Shown one piece after another: positions 50,844 through 60,361 of a stretch of DNA of 64,000 nt; within the stretch, counting starts at the first letter, position 1, and each line of letters begins with the position of its first letter. Origin of the DNA: Candidatus Hopanoidivorans cymbastelae. GTDB lineage: Bacteria > Actinomycetota > Acidimicrobiia > Acidimicrobiales > Hopanoidiivorantaceae. The notes below the pieces were generated by a model that saw only the letters and a program-made list of their open reading frames with translations, searched no databases and was not told the DNA's origin. The translations under genes and the position numbers were made by a program. The stretch spans positions 11,672 through 75,671 of the forward strand of contig JAPYNY010000012.1 of assembly GCA_028283145.1 (NCBI GenBank), in the 5' to 3' direction.

Positions 50844-51926
50844 TCACTGCAGAAAGTCTGGCACCGCCCACTCGTCCTCCCCGTCATCTTCCACCTCTAA
50901 GACTTCCATTCCAGGGTCTGCGGGAGGCATCTCCACTATCACAGCATCGGTTGCCTCGGCAGTGCTGGGTGGTGATTTTGCGGTTCGGTCAAAGCCAGCT
51001 GCCAAAACAGTGACCCTGATTTCATTTTCCAGCTCACTGTCCAAGTACATTCCCATGATGATGTTTGCATCGTTGTGGGCAACTTCTTTGACAATGTTAG
51101 CTGCCCGCTCCAGGTCGGTGATGGTCATGTCTTCATCGCCGCTGATGGACAGCAAGATACCATGAGCTTGTTCCACAGCATCTTCCAGTAGCGGACTTTG
51201 AAGAGCTTTTCTGGCAGCAGCTATGGCTCGTTCTTCACCGCTTGCATGGCCGATGCCCATCATGGCTGAGCCAGCTTCTGTCATGATGGTTTTGACGTCG
51301 GCAAAGTCGGTATTGATCAACCCGGGTCGCGTGATTATGTCTGAGATGCCTCTGACGCCCTGCAATAAAACATCGTCAGCCATGGCAAAGGCTTGCATTA
51401 TGGGCATATTTTGGTCGGCCTGGTCTAGTAATCGATCGTTGGGAATCACAATTAAGGTATCCACCTTCTCACGTAGATGCTTGATGCCCTCTTCAGCCTT
51501 GACAGACCGAGAACGCCCTTCAAACGAAAACGGCCTGGTTACCACAGCAACGGTCAGAGCCCCGGAGCCCTTGGCTATTTCAGCTACTATGGGGGCAGCG
51601 CCGGTACCCGTTCCACCGCCCTCCCCAGCGGTGATGAAAATCATGTCGGCACCCTGAAGTGCTTCTTCAATCTCTCGCCTGCTGGACTCGGCTGCCTCAT
51701 TACCAATCTCAGGGTTGCCGCCGGCTCCCAAGCCCTTGGTCTTCTCACCACCAATTGAGATCTTCATATCGGCGTCGCTGGTCAGCAGTGCCTGGGCATC
51801 AGTATTGATAGTGATAAATTCAACTCCACGCAGTCCGGTAACGATCATCCTATTAACTGCATTGCCACCACCTCCTCCGACTCCAATTACTTTGATGACA
51901 GCAAGATAATTACTTTGTTCTGGCAT
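50844..51926 (-). CDS. ftsZ: Cell division protein FtsZ
   Basis: [30 protein letters not shown]-terminal VPDFL; AAGGAG RBS. Confidence 0.99.
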   Translation of the reverse strand: MPEQSNYLAVIKVIGVGGGGGNAVNRMIVTGLRGVEFITINTDAQALLTSDADMKISIGGEKTKGLGAGGNPEIGNEAAESSRREIEEALQGADMIFITAGEGGGTGTGAAPIVAEIAKGSGALTVAVVTRPFSFEGRSRSVKAEEGIKHLREKVDTLIVIPNDRLLDQADQNMPIMQAFAMADDVLLQGVRGISDIITRPGLINTDFADVKTIMTEAGSAMMGIGHASGEERAIAAARKALQSPLLEDAVEQAHGILLSISGDEDMTITDLERAANIVKEVAHNDANIIMGMYLDSELENEIRVTVLAAGFDRTAKSPPSTAEATDAVIVEMPPADPGMEVLEVEDDGEDEWAVPDFLQ

Positions 51927-51991
51927 GTTTGACTCCTTTAGTTTTTACCAAGCCTATAGCTTAGCTTAATGTTTAATCAAAGTCAATAGGC

Positions 51992-52024
51992 AAACACTAA
52001 GGGTAAAGTTTAGCCTTAGTGTTT
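51992..52024. promoter_or_regulatory. Inverted repeat between ftsQ and ftsZ (operator or RNA hairpin)
   Basis: aaacactaagg-g-taaa-g-ttta-g-ccttagtgttt: perfect 11-bp arms plus 4 inner pairs. Confidence 0.6.
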
Positions 52025-52808
52025 AAATTGGAAGACAGTCATGGCTGTCTGTCACTACCGGCGAAAGCGGAGAATTGACATCCAGAATTTCAGTGCAACT
52101 AATTGGGACTTGGCTTAGGACAGCCTCTATTGAACGTATTTTGGAATCAAGTTCTCTAGTGTCGTTCAGATAAACCCAGCCGCCAGTTTTCAGCCTCAAA
52201 AAAAGCTTGTCATTGCCTTGCAGTGTGATGGAGTCAACTTTTGAGAAAACTTGTGGGTTTTTAACAAGCTCTTCAGCCACAGCCAACGCGGGTATGGCAC
52301 CCTCATACCACCCTGTAGTTGTCTTTGTCAGTTCACTGCTTTCAATGCGTGGAAAGTTTGACGGTGTTGTTGGGGTTGCCAGGATTTTGCCCTCAATATC
52401 CAGCAGGTGGTAACCACCTTGAGTTGCTATTACAGCTATGGGTGTCCGTTCCAATATTGTTACACTCAATAAGCCAGCGCCCCAGGAACGGGAGATCTCA
52501 ACATCTTGCACCCAAGGCAACTCCAAAATATGCTTGCGAGCATCATCTATATTGGCCGTGATAAGAGGGTCTCCTAGAAGCTGGTCTGTAATTTGAGATA
52601 TTGCCTGTGGGTCTGTATTGGCCAGACCGGAAACCCTGACTTCATTTAAATCCAGAAACGGACTGTAAAACAAAAGCCAGAGAGCTAAACCACCAAGCAA
52701 CAGCACTATTAGAGGTGGGTAGAGCTTGCGCCTGAGCTTGCGCTTGTTTTTCGCCCCAGCTACTTTTTGGCGACGTTCCTTGATTTTGGGATGTACTTCA
52801 GATGACAT
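52023..52808 (-). CDS. ftsQ: Cell division protein FtsQ/DivIB
   Basis: Basic N-tail, one TM helix, POTRA segment (LPWVQDVEISRSW...ERTP); directly upstream of ftsZ. Confidence 0.9.
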   Translation of the reverse strand: MSSEVHPKIKERRQKVAGAKNKRKLRRKLYPPLIVLLLGGLALWLLFYSPFLDLNEVRVSGLANTDPQAISQITDQLLGDPLITANIDDARKHILELPWVQDVEISRSWGAGLLSVTILERTPIAVIATQGGYHLLDIEGKILATPTTPSNFPRIESSELTKTTTGWYEGAIPALAVAEELVKNPQVFSKVDSITLQGNDKLFLRLKTGGWVYLNDTRELDSKIRSIEAVLSQVPISCTEILDVNSPLSPVVTDSHDCLPI

Positions 52809-52830
52809 GGCAGTACCTTTTGTATTCTTC

Positions 52831-55362
52831 CTAGCGATTTATGGCTTTCAGATTGATTTTTTCATTCAGATGGTCAAAACCCACTAGAACAGTTTCGCTC
52901 TTGAGCTGGATGCCTGTTTTGGCTTTCACCACTTCAGCTATTTCACACATCAGCCTGAGCACATCATCAGCCGAGCCGTCTTTTCCGGCGATAATGAAGT
53001 TGGCATGTTTTGCAGAGACACTGGCTGTGCCAAGTTTCTTGCCCTTCAGACCCAGTTGATCAATAAGCGCTCCAGCTGCTTCGCCTTTAGGATTTGCAAA
53101 AACCGAGCCACAGTTTTGGCCGCCTGGTTGGTGCTGTCTCCGCCAGCGAAGAATTTCTGCAATTAGCTGCTTTGACTGATTCGGGTCTGAAGGAGCGAGT
53201 TCAAAGCTTGCCTCACAAACTATTTGCTCGGGATTAAGAGCACTGCTTCTGTAACCAAGCTGCAAGTCTTCAGTCCACAAAGTTTGGAAAAGTCCTGTAC
53301 GCAGGTCGACACAGATAGCAGAACGCAAACTTTGAGATATATCTGCCCCATGACCTCCTGCGTTCATCTTTATAGCACCGCCAACCGACCCAGGAACACC
53401 CACGGCCCATTCAAATCCACCTAGACCTGCTGCTGCCGACTGACGAGCTGCCACAGGCAAGGAGCCAGCGGCACCCAGGCGCAAAAGCGCCATGTCGGGG
53501 CTATTGTCCCAGCTGTCGTCCGCACCGACGCTGCCTTGCCCAACTCCTGTTCCAGTTGAAAACTCAACAGCTGAAAACTTTTGACCTAGCTGGACCACCA
53601 AACCTTGAAATCCTGTGTCAGAGATCAGCAAGTTGGTACCGTTGCCCAAAACCAGTACGGGAAGTTCAGGGCTTTGAGCAGCTAAAAAAGCGGCTAACTG
53701 GGCTAGTTCGGCGTGGCTGTTGAGCTTCACAGCTAGGCTGGCCGACCCTCCAACTCTGTAGCTAGTATGTTTGCCCAGTGGCCAATCCGCCATGACTTCA
53801 CTGCTGGGGAGAAGTTCGGTCAACTCCTCATATTTGGCTTTGAAATATTCAACTTCCAAGGCATCCTGAGACTTTTGACTGCTGGCAGGTGCTGGCCCTG
53901 CTGGATCCCGACTTGTGCTTGGTGGCAGCTCATTCCATTGGGGAGTTGCCTCCTTCAACTGGTCAATCACTAGGTGAATGTCCCCGGCGCCTAGGGTCAA
54001 ACACAGATCTCCAGCCTGCAGCTCTTGACGAAGCAAGACGACCACGTCATCTAGCCTGGGTGCCCACCTGACATCCATTCCACTGTCAGTATTTTTGACA
54101 GCCTGGGCGATCAACTCTCCGGTGACACCTGGCAGAGGCATCTCACCTGCTGAATAGATATCTGTAACAACTAGAGTTGTGACGCCCTTAAATGAATGGC
54201 TGAAGTCTTGCCAGAGGTTTTTGATCCGGGAAAACCGATGGGGCTGAAACACGCATACAACCCTTTGGTTTTCCAGCGCGGTAGCTGTGGCTATCGCAGC
54301 TGAGACTTCAGCTGGAAGATGGGCATAGTCATCGACAAAAGTCACATTGTGTGCAGTCCCGCGAAATTCAAAGCGTCTGGCAATCCCGGCAAAGCGCATC
54401 AGAGACTCTCTAGCAGCTTTAGCTGAAACACCTACTGACTGAGCTGTCAGCAGTGCCGCCAGTGCATTCTCAGCATTATGCAATCCAGGTACTGGCAGAG
54501 ACAACTCTGCCCAAATCTCATCGTTATGGAGAACTTTAAAGCTGGTGCTGGTGCCCGCTTGCAAAAAATCCACAATTTGGTAATCAGATTCAGGTTGAGT
54601 TCCATAGCTGATCAGTTGACCAGTTTTTAATGTTGAAATATAAGGTTCCAGACTTGTTAATGCCTTGGTGTGAACGACGGCTGTATTGCGGGCCAGATTC
54701 AAAAAGCTGAGAAACTCATGGCATAACGCTTCAAAACTTTCATAGCGGGTGTGGTGGTCGGGGTCAATACTGGTGATGACAGCGTGTGCTGGATTTAACG
54801 CCAAGAAAGACCCGTCGCTCTCATCAGCTTCCACCACAAAATACTCCCCTGTATTCCAGCAGGCTCCACTGCCAACTTCATTGACGTCTCCTCCGATGAT
54901 GAAAGACGGGTTGAACCGAGCATGCAACAAGATAAGCGAAAGCATTGAAGCTGTTGTGGTCTTGCCGTGTGTTCCCGCTACCGCCACGATGCTCTTCAGA
55001 GCACTTAATCGGCGCAGCAGAGCGGCACGGTTCCAGACTTGAATCCCTGCTGCTTGAGCAGCCCTCAACTCAACATTTTCAGGCGGAATAGCTGTGGAAT
55101 AGATCACTGCCTCGGCTGCTTGAATGTTGTCAGGATGGTGACCTATGAAAACTTGGATGCCCAACTCCCCCAAGCGTTGAGTCCTGGAGTTCTCCTTTAA
55201 GTCAGAACCGGTGATTTGACATCCCAACCCCAAAAGAATTTCGGCCAGCGCTGCCATACCTGCACCACCTATGCCCACAACATGCACCAAGTGAGGCAGC
55301 TGCGTGGCTTCAACTGGTTTGTTATTTTGAGAAGCAACCATGACATCTAATGCTTTCGCCAT
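52831..55362 (-). CDS. murC-murB: Fused UDP-MurNAc--L-Ala ligase / UDP-GlcNAc-enolpyruvate reductase
   Basis: MurC motifs GIGGAGM, GTHGKTTT, EADESD, DDYAH, FQPHR; linker; MurB motifs HTSYRVGG, GNGTNLL, GVPGSVGGA..MNAG, GSVFANP, KHANF. Confidence 0.93.
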   Translation of the reverse strand: MAKALDVMVASQNNKPVEATQLPHLVHVVGIGGAGMAALAEILLGLGCQITGSDLKENSRTQRLGELGIQVFIGHHPDNIQAAEAVIYSTAIPPENVELRAAQAAGIQVWNRAALLRRLSALKSIVAVAGTHGKTTTASMLSLILLHARFNPSFIIGGDVNEVGSGACWNTGEYFVVEADESDGSFLALNPAHAVITSIDPDHHTRYESFEALCHEFLSFLNLARNTAVVHTKALTSLEPYISTLKTGQLISYGTQPESDYQIVDFLQAGTSTSFKVLHNDEIWAELSLPVPGLHNAENALAALLTAQSVGVSAKAARESLMRFAGIARRFEFRGTAHNVTFVDDYAHLPAEVSAAIATATALENQRVVCVFQPHRFSRIKNLWQDFSHSFKGVTTLVVTDIYSAGEMPLPGVTGELIAQAVKNTDSGMDVRWAPRLDDVVVLLRQELQAGDLCLTLGAGDIHLVIDQLKEATPQWNELPPSTSRDPAGPAPASSQKSQDALEVEYFKAKYEELTELLPSSEVMADWPLGKHTSYRVGGSASLAVKLNSHAELAQLAAFLAAQSPELPVLVLGNGTNLLISDTGFQGLVVQLGQKFSAVEFSTGTGVGQGSVGADDSWDNSPDMALLRLGAAGSLPVAARQSAAAGLGGFEWAVGVPGSVGGAIKMNAGGHGADISQSLRSAICVDLRTGLFQTLWTEDLQLGYRSSALNPEQIVCEASFELAPSDPNQSKQLIAEILRWRRQHQPGGQNCGSVFANPKGEAAGALIDQLGLKGKKLGTASVSAKHANFIIAGKDGSADDVLRLMCEIAEVVKAKTGIQLKSETVLVGFDHLNEKINLKAINR

Positions 55363-55364
55363 TG

Positions 55365-56570
55365 CTATGCTTTAGCGTGTTGAAGCAACAGCCCTGCAAT
55401 TTTTGTGGCGGCATCAGGGCTTGCCAGGCCGGCGGCTGCTCTGGACATTTGGGCCATTTTTTGGGAATGCTGCCTTAAATCTTCCAACTCTTCCAACAGC
55501 ATACGGCCATTAAATTCTGCTTCTGGGAAGCATCTGGCAGCTCCGATTTCCGCTAGAGCTTGAGCATTGGCTGTCTGGTGGTCACCCGGCGCACCTTGAA
55601 GAGGCACGAGAATGGAAGGCAATCCCATGATGGCCAGTTCAGCTACCATTCCGGCTCCTGCTCGCCCAACTACCAGCTGTTTATCTGAAAATACAGTTGC
55701 CATATCATCTGCAAATGGAACTGAATCGTAATTCAAATGTTGATCCTTGGCAAGTTTCCTCAAGCCACTCCACTGCTCCCATTCACGTTCACCTGTTATG
55801 TGAAAGATATGGTAGCCGGAAGCGCTGGCATGACTGTCGGCCAGTTTTTCAATTAACTCTGATACCGCAGTGTTGATACAACCCGCTCCCAAAGAACCTC
55901 CCAAGATGACCACCCTGAAGTTCTGGGTACTTCCATGACCGTTCTGGGCACCGCCATAGGAGCCGTTTCCCTCTTGAAACTTCGGCTGCTTAGCAGCAAC
56001 GTCAATAATCTCTTGGCGCACGGGATTGCCGGTATATGTGGCTTTAGGCAGGTTCGTGCCCGGAAAGGACGTAGCCGTAGCTTTGGATAGGCGCGCAGCT
56101 AGCTTATTGGCTAATCCTGGCACGGCATTTTGTTCGGCGGTAACAACGGGGATACGCAGCATAAAGGCGGCCTTGGCAGCGATAAACCCCGTGTATCCGC
56201 CCATGGTCAGCAAGATTTTTGGTCGCAGTCTTCTCAACAGAAAGAAGAGCTGCCAACTGCCAACCAATAACTTGCCCAGAGCAGCCAGATTGCTGCAAAT
56301 TGCTCTAGGTGTCAAGCTGCGTCTGATGCCTCGGCCCGCAATAAGCACGTAGTCAAAGCCAGCTTGCTCCACCCCTGCTGAGCCCACGCCGGTCTTGGAA
56401 ATCGCAAAATATGTTTCCAAGTCGCGGGCCTTCAACGCTTGGGCTACGGCGATGCCTGGATAGATGTGCCCGGCTGTGCCGCTAGCGGCTATAACAGCCC
56501 AAAATTGACTAGTTTGCGTTACTTCAGGTTGAGTCAGAACTGATTTTTTCCGCCAAAGTTTCAACTGCAT
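55365..56570 (-). CDS. murG: Lipid II GlcNAc transferase MurG
   Basis: GTAGHIYP, GGY, EQNAVPGLAN, TGNPVR, GGSLGA, RAGA, HQTANA; start uncertain. Confidence 0.95.
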   Translation of the reverse strand: MQLKLWRKKSVLTQPEVTQTSQFWAVIAASGTAGHIYPGIAVAQALKARDLETYFAISKTGVGSAGVEQAGFDYVLIAGRGIRRSLTPRAICSNLAALGKLLVGSWQLFFLLRRLRPKILLTMGGYTGFIAAKAAFMLRIPVVTAEQNAVPGLANKLAARLSKATATSFPGTNLPKATYTGNPVRQEIIDVAAKQPKFQEGNGSYGGAQNGHGSTQNFRVVILGGSLGAGCINTAVSELIEKLADSHASASGYHIFHITGEREWEQWSGLRKLAKDQHLNYDSVPFADDMATVFSDKQLVVGRAGAGMVAELAIMGLPSILVPLQGAPGDHQTANAQALAEIGAARCFPEAEFNGRMLLEELEDLRQHSQKMAQMSRAAAGLASPDAATKIAGLLLQHAKA

Positions 56571-56584
56571 GCCCCACCTTCCAG

Positions 56585-57973
56585 CTAGTTCTTGTTTGAG
56601 GTTTTGTGGCATTGTTTTGCAATGTTAATAATGACACCCATAGCAGCCATGTTGAACACCAAGGCTGAACCTCCAAAAGACAAAAAAGGAATAGGCAGGC
56701 CGGTTATCGGAAGCAAAACAATGGTGGCACAAATATTGATAAAAAATTGACCGACTATCCAGGTGATGAATCCAATGGTCAACAACATGGCGAAATTGCT
56801 GGGAGCGTTCATGGCAACATACATGCCAATACCGCCCAACAGGACAAACAGGCAAATAGTGAGCGAAGCTCCCACAAAGCCAAGCTCTTCAGCAATGACG
56901 GCAAAGATGAAATCCGTGTGGGAATAAGGCAGATAACCCCACTTAGCTCGCCCAGCGCCCAGACCCACCCCGTTGACTCCTCCCGAAGCAATACTGACCA
57001 TTGATTGAATGGCCTGATAGTCGGTGCCAAACGGATCATCCCAGGGGTTAAGAAAAGAAGTCAGGCGCTGCCTGCGATAATCCGCGCTATAGGACACAGC
57101 TATAACCCCAGCGGTGCCCAAAGCTCCCCATCTAAGGAGCGAACCTATAGGGCTTCCAGCAATAAGCAGCATGGCAAAAGCTATAGCTGCGATAACAATG
57201 GTGCTACCCAAACTAGGTTGTCCTAAAATCAGCAAAGCCATGAGTGACAGCAACAAGATGGTTGGGCGCACACTCAGGCGGGCATCGTTGATTTTGTCAT
57301 GACGGTTGGCTAGGAACCTAGCCAGCCAGACCACCAAGGCAAATTTTGCTATTTCAGCAGGCTGAAAGACCACCGGACCTAACTGCAACCAACGGGTGGC
57401 TCCATTGACGCTTACCCCGAAACCAGGCACCAGCACAAGCCCTAACAGAGCCAGCGATCCCACCAACAGAGGAGTTGCCAGTTTAGCCCATTTGCGATAA
57501 TCCACCAGCGAGGTAACTATCAGCAGCACCCAGCCAATTCCCATCCAAATAAATTGCTTGCGGAAATGAAACCAAGTGGAACCTTGGCTTTCCAAATCCA
57601 CAACCATGGCTGAGGACAGCACCATCAGCAGACCGATCAAGCTGAAGGCACTGATGATGAGCAACAACAGAAACACTAAACCATAGCGAGGTGAAGCAAG
57701 TTTAGGGCTAGCTGGCTTTGGAGCTTCCTGGACTAGAACAGGTCTCGGCCCCGGTCCATTGGCTGGGTGTCTAGCTTGGGATTGAGCCAACTTGCGACCC
57801 GGCTTGCGGATGCCAGACGTGCTAGAGCTTGGCTGCTTGCGAGCACTTGGCGGCTTGCCCTTGCCAGGTTGATCTGTGCTCGGTTTGCCCGTGCCCTGCT
57901 TGCTTTGAACAGGCCTGCCCCTATTTGACCTGGAGGTCTGCTTGGCTGGATGCCGTTTCAGTGTCTGCGTCAT
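56585..57973 (-). CDS. ftsW: FtsW (SEDS) with long basic N-terminal extension
   Basis: NGATRWL, FQPAEIAK, LPYSHTDFIFAVIAEELG, LPITGLPIPFLSFGGS. Confidence 0.96.
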   Translation of the reverse strand: MTQTLKRHPAKQTSRSNRGRPVQSKQGTGKPSTDQPGKGKPPSARKQPSSSTSGIRKPGRKLAQSQARHPANGPGPRPVLVQEAPKPASPKLASPRYGLVFLLLLIISAFSLIGLLMVLSSAMVVDLESQGSTWFHFRKQFIWMGIGWVLLIVTSLVDYRKWAKLATPLLVGSLALLGLVLVPGFGVSVNGATRWLQLGPVVFQPAEIAKFALVVWLARFLANRHDKINDARLSVRPTILLLSLMALLILGQPSLGSTIVIAAIAFAMLLIAGSPIGSLLRWGALGTAGVIAVSYSADYRRQRLTSFLNPWDDPFGTDYQAIQSMVSIASGGVNGVGLGAGRAKWGYLPYSHTDFIFAVIAEELGFVGASLTICLFVLLGGIGMYVAMNAPSNFAMLLTIGFITWIVGQFFINICATIVLLPITGLPIPFLSFGGSALVFNMAAMGVIINIAKQCHKTSNKN

Positions 57974-59310
57974 GAACTACCCCCCAGCAAAGCTTGAACC
58001 TTTGCGATGAAGTCTTGGCCTCGCTCCTTGTAGGAGCTGTACATGTCAAACGAAGAACAGCCTGGAGACAGCAACACCACATCACCTTGCTTGGCTGCTT
58101 GATGTGCTTTTTGAACGGCAGAGTCCATGTCTTCAGCCACCATGACAGCAGTCCTGCCACCAAAAACCGCTTGAAGTTCTTTGGATGCTTCCCCTAAAGC
58201 CACCACAGCACGCAACTTGTGAGCAATATGTGCTAGCGGATTCAAGTCCAAGCCCTTATTGCGCCCACCAGCTATAAGCACAGCTGAGTTGATTCCCTGA
58301 AGAGCTGAGATGACTGAATGCGGCGATGTGGATTTGGAGTCGTCATACCAAGTTATGCCGCCACTGGAAGCTATTAAGTCCAAGCGATGAGGCAATCCCT
58401 TGAAGTTGCGCAACACCTCCACTGCTGCTGCTATATCGGCTCCACCTGCTGTAGCGGTGGCAGTGGCAGCCAAAGCATTGAAAACATCATGAGGCTGTTG
58501 GCGCAGCAGTTGGCTGACCTTCAGAAAAGGCTCTCCAAAAGCAGTCAGCTTTTCACCCACAAGGGCAAAGTCAGCAGCTTGTGGTTCTGCGCTAGTAGTT
58601 ATGGTTAGATGTGCAGCTTTGGCGGGAAGGCATTGCACCACAGTCGGGTCGTCCAGATTGACTACCGCGGTGCAAGCATCTGAGAGGTTTTGCCAGATTT
58701 TGGACTTGCAGGCTTGGTAAGCGCTTAAAGAAGCATGGACATCCAAGTGGTCAGGAGCAAAGTTAAGCCAGGTTGCTACTTTTGGCATGAAAGCCTTGGA
58801 GTGGCGCAGTTGAAAGGAAGACACTTCAATCACAAACATCTCAGGGTCAGGTTTGCCCATGGCCTCACAGATTGGAACTCCAATAGGGTCGGCATTGCCC
58901 GCTGCCAATGCTGAAATACCGCTTTGCTTCAGCATTGCTTCCACTAGACAGGTAACGGTTGTCTTGCCATTGGTGCCGGTGACTGCCAGATAAGGCCTGC
59001 TGTCGTGAGCCGCAAAAACATCCAATTCGCTGAGAGCTATCGGAGCAGATGCCCCGAGAGTGTCCAGCAGTTCATGCAGCTTGTGGGAGTCGGGCAGACC
59101 TGGTGTCGGCACTATATAGTCACACCGCCTGAGCAGCTCTGAAAGCTGGTTTTGATTCGACTGCATTTCCAGACCTAAACCCTTGGCAGCCTGAATCGCC
59201 TGCTGAGGCGGGTTATCATCAAAGATGCTCACGCTGCTTTGCAGGCCCAGCAAAACCCTGGCCACGTTTTGATTTGACACGCCAAAACCAACTAGCAGAA
59301 ATTCAGACAT
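57970..59310 (-). CDS. murD: UDP-MurNAc-L-Ala--D-Glu ligase
   Basis: GTNGKTT, EVSSFQL, DHLD.H, DDSKST, LLSPGCSSFD; start set at ATG 59310. Confidence 0.96.
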   Translation of the reverse strand: MSEFLLVGFGVSNQNVARVLLGLQSSVSIFDDNPPQQAIQAAKGLGLEMQSNQNQLSELLRRCDYIVPTPGLPDSHKLHELLDTLGASAPIALSELDVFAAHDSRPYLAVTGTNGKTTVTCLVEAMLKQSGISALAAGNADPIGVPICEAMGKPDPEMFVIEVSSFQLRHSKAFMPKVATWLNFAPDHLDVHASLSAYQACKSKIWQNLSDACTAVVNLDDPTVVQCLPAKAAHLTITTSAEPQAADFALVGEKLTAFGEPFLKVSQLLRQQPHDVFNALAATATATAGGADIAAAVEVLRNFKGLPHRLDLIASSGGITWYDDSKSTSPHSVISALQGINSAVLIAGGRNKGLDLNPLAHIAHKLRAVVALGEASKELQAVFGGRTAVMVAEDMDSAVQKAHQAAKQGDVVLLSPGCSSFDMYSSYKERGQDFIAKVQALLGGSS

Positions 59311-59314
59311 GGCA

Positions 59315-60361
59315 CTAGAGATCGGTAATGGCGATGTAGTCGGCGTAGAACAGCCCCAAGCCCACTGAAATAAACAAGATAGCCAATATCCAGAAGCGTA
59401 CGATGACCCATGTTTCTTCCCAGCCCAGCAACTCAAAATGGTGATGGAGGGGAGCCATTCTGAAAACTCTCTTGCCTACACCCGAAATTATTTTGGATGT
59501 CTTGAAAACTGCGACCTGCACGATGACCGACAGAGTTTCAAACACGTAAAGTCCAGCGATAATCGGCAACAGCAACTGAGTATTGCTGCTTAGAGCCAAA
59601 CAGGCCAGGCCCGTGCCCAAAGCCAAGGAGCCAGTATCGCCCATAAAGATATGTGCAGGGTGAGCATTCCACCACAAAAAGCCCACGCAGCCGCCGGCAA
59701 AAGCTGCTGCTACAACAGCCATGTCCAAGGCATGAGGCACTTGATAAATGGCTTCCTCGCGGAATAACCAAAAACAGATCAGCACGTAAGCCCCCAGCCC
59801 AAAAGCACAAGAACCGGCTGTCAACCCGTCCAAGCCATCGGTTAAGTTGACGGCGTTGCTGGTTGAGACAATCAACAAAACAGCCAGTGCCGCCCAACCC
59901 CAGCTGCCCAATTCAAGACCGGGCGAATCAAACCTGGTAAATGACAAGGTAGTATGCGGTTCTGCCCAAGCCAGGCTGGTACCGCAGAAGAAAACCCCGA
60001 CAACTATCAAGCCGATAAATTTGGCGCGCTTATTCAGGCCGATGTTATGCTCCTTGGAAACCTTCAGGTGATCATCCAAAAACCCCACACCAGCCGCCAG
60101 CCCAATAGAGGAGATGATAATCAAGCCTGTATTGGTATATATGCCGTGATAGGAATGGCTCAGGATATACCCCAGAACTCCCCCGCTGACTATAGCCAAC
60201 CCACCCATCGTAGGGGTGCCGGTCTTGGTGCTGTGCCGACTGGGTGCGTCTTCGCCAATTGGCTGGCCCAAGTTGAAACGTTTCAAGGCGAAAATGAGCA
60301 CCCGTGTGAACACCAATGAAGTCACAAACCCTACAGCTAGCGCAATTAAAAGACGAATCAT
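59315..60361 (-). CDS. mraY: Phospho-MurNAc-pentapeptide transferase
   Basis: K.GTPTMGG, GFLDD, NAVNLTDGLDGL, FMGDTGS, MAPLHHHFE. Confidence 0.97.
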   Translation of the reverse strand: MIRLLIALAVGFVTSLVFTRVLIFALKRFNLGQPIGEDAPSRHSTKTGTPTMGGLAIVSGGVLGYILSHSYHGIYTNTGLIIISSIGLAAGVGFLDDHLKVSKEHNIGLNKRAKFIGLIVVGVFFCGTSLAWAEPHTTLSFTRFDSPGLELGSWGWAALAVLLIVSTSNAVNLTDGLDGLTAGSCAFGLGAYVLICFWLFREEAIYQVPHALDMAVVAAAFAGGCVGFLWWNAHPAHIFMGDTGSLALGTGLACLALSSNTQLLLPIIAGLYVFETLSVIVQVAVFKTSKIISGVGKRVFRMAPLHHHFELLGWEETWVIVRFWILAILFISVGLGLFYADYIAITDL

